Shown here: piece by piece, positions 26,867 through 27,495 of the stretch
How positions within the stretch are numbered: the stretch's first letter is position 1
Layout of the letters: each line of letters starts with the position of its first letter
DNA from: a virus
Lineage: Duplodnaviria; Caudoviricetes
Strand: one strand, 5' to 3'
Length of the DNA: 27,495 bases
Virus record (IMG/VR): IMGVR_UViG_3300031716_000044
Location: 1 to 27,495 of that record
Notes under the pieces: model-generated
Seen by the model: the letters and a program-made list of their open reading frames with translations, nothing else
What the model was told of the DNA's origin: nothing
The model's database searches: none
Translations under genes and position numbers: made by a program

Positions 26867-27296
26867 CGTTCTGGCTTTCCTGTCCGGTAGATCCCAGCCG
26901 CTGCAGGTCTTCTGCAAGCTGCGCCTTGGCCTCGTTGATGTACTGAGCAACCTTCTCGGCGATCTCGGGCGCGACGCCAAGTTGGCGCTCCAGGTTGTCA
27001 GCGATGGCGTCCAGGGATTGCGAGCACATGGCGAACGCCTTGGCGGCTCCGTTCTGCACAGCTTCGCGGTACACGACTTTTCCTTCCTCCAGATCAGCCT
27101 TGATCTCGGCTTGCCTGGCCAGGGCGACCTCCTTGTCCGCGCGAGCGCGCTCAAACCGCTGGTATGGCGTCTCCTCCTCTCCTGGCTGGGCCTTGGCCTT
27201 GTCCTCAGCCTTCTTGCGGCCGGCGCGTGGCCGAGCGCCGCCGTAGCCGGTGGGCATACTGGGGGTGTCAAAGAAGTCGGTGTTCATCATGGTCAT
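26850..27296 (-). CDS. terS: Terminase small subunit (Nu1-like position, 148 aa)
   Basis: GGARPRAGRK N-terminal motif, ERARADKE..LA...EI...G.V helix; directly upstream of terL. Alternative starts at 27290 and 27287. Confidence 0.85.
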   Translation of the reverse strand: MTMMNTDFFDTPSMPTGYGGARPRAGRKKAEDKAKAQPGEEETPYQRFERARADKEVALARQAEIKADLEEGKVVYREAVQNGAAKAFAMCSQSLDAIADNLERQLGVAPEIAEKVAQYINEAKAQLAEDLQRLGSTGQESQNDDLFS

Positions 27297-27313
27297 TTAG
27301 TATGCCGCGAAAA

Positions 27314-27329
27314 TAACGACTAGTCGTTA
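27314..27329. promoter_or_regulatory. Perfect 16-bp palindrome TAACGACTAGTCGTTA upstream of terS
   Basis: Directly visible; function unknown. Confidence 0.55.
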
Positions 27330-27490
27330 GTTGGCGTGACGGGAATTTCCGCAACGGACTTTGTGTGACGCCATTAACGCCCCAGATAGCGTGAATGTGG
27401 CGATTGAATGGCTAATGTGGCGTCACGATTAGCTAAACGCCACGATTCAATTTCAGAATGCGAAAAACTTGCGAACGTCGGGCCTCTTTG
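27330..27490 (-). other. Candidate cos/packaging region
   Basis: Lower-GC non-coding DNA upstream of terS with repeated TGGCG cores and a lambda-left-end-like sequence at 27449-27486. Confidence 0.55.
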
Positions 27491-27495
27491 TCCCA

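Noticed and set aside
26867-27271. terL frame stays open for 135 codons over terS (possible terS-terL frameshift fusion)
   Set aside because: The extension is Arg/Pro/Ser-rich off-frame-like sequence and I saw no clear slippery site; chance in GC-rich DNA is sufficient.
15992-27296. Gene transfer agent or tailocin interpretation
   Set aside because: A complete head module, a lambda-type terminase and a cos-like region argue for a genuine phage. Prophage versus virion DNA cannot be decided from this window.
1-27495. CRISPR array, DGR template/variable repeats, invertible fibre cassette, tRNA, IS, intron or intein
   Set aside because: None seen by eye: no spacer-separated repeats, reverse transcriptase, recombinase or interrupted core gene. 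Weak nucleotide repeats could have been missed without a dot plot.

Overview
This GC-rich window is the head-tail-lysis arm of a lambda-like (gpA-type terminase, gpE-type capsid) long-tailed phage or prophage, probably of a proteobacterial host (inference). Almost all genes are on the minus strand. Read from the right end: candidate cos/packaging region, terS, terL, a small plus-strand regulator-like gene, gpW, a portal with a long repeat-bearing C-terminal extension, an unexpected six-gene fibre-like module, Clp-type protease/scaffold, an enlarged head decoration protein, major capsid protein, head-tail connectors, major tail protein, tape measure protein (no chaperone genes between these two), a tail-tip module, and a GH108 endolysin running off the left edge. 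Main points: (1) the portal-coupled fibre module, which mirrors a 'small subunit plus repeat protein' pair in the tail tip; (2) a 19-bp motif found three times, each exactly 20 nt upstream of a -10-like hexamer, probably an activator-dependent late promoter, one copy back-to-back with the small regulator gene; (3) a lambda-cos-like sequence at the right edge. All product calls come from motif recognition and synteny. No database search was run.
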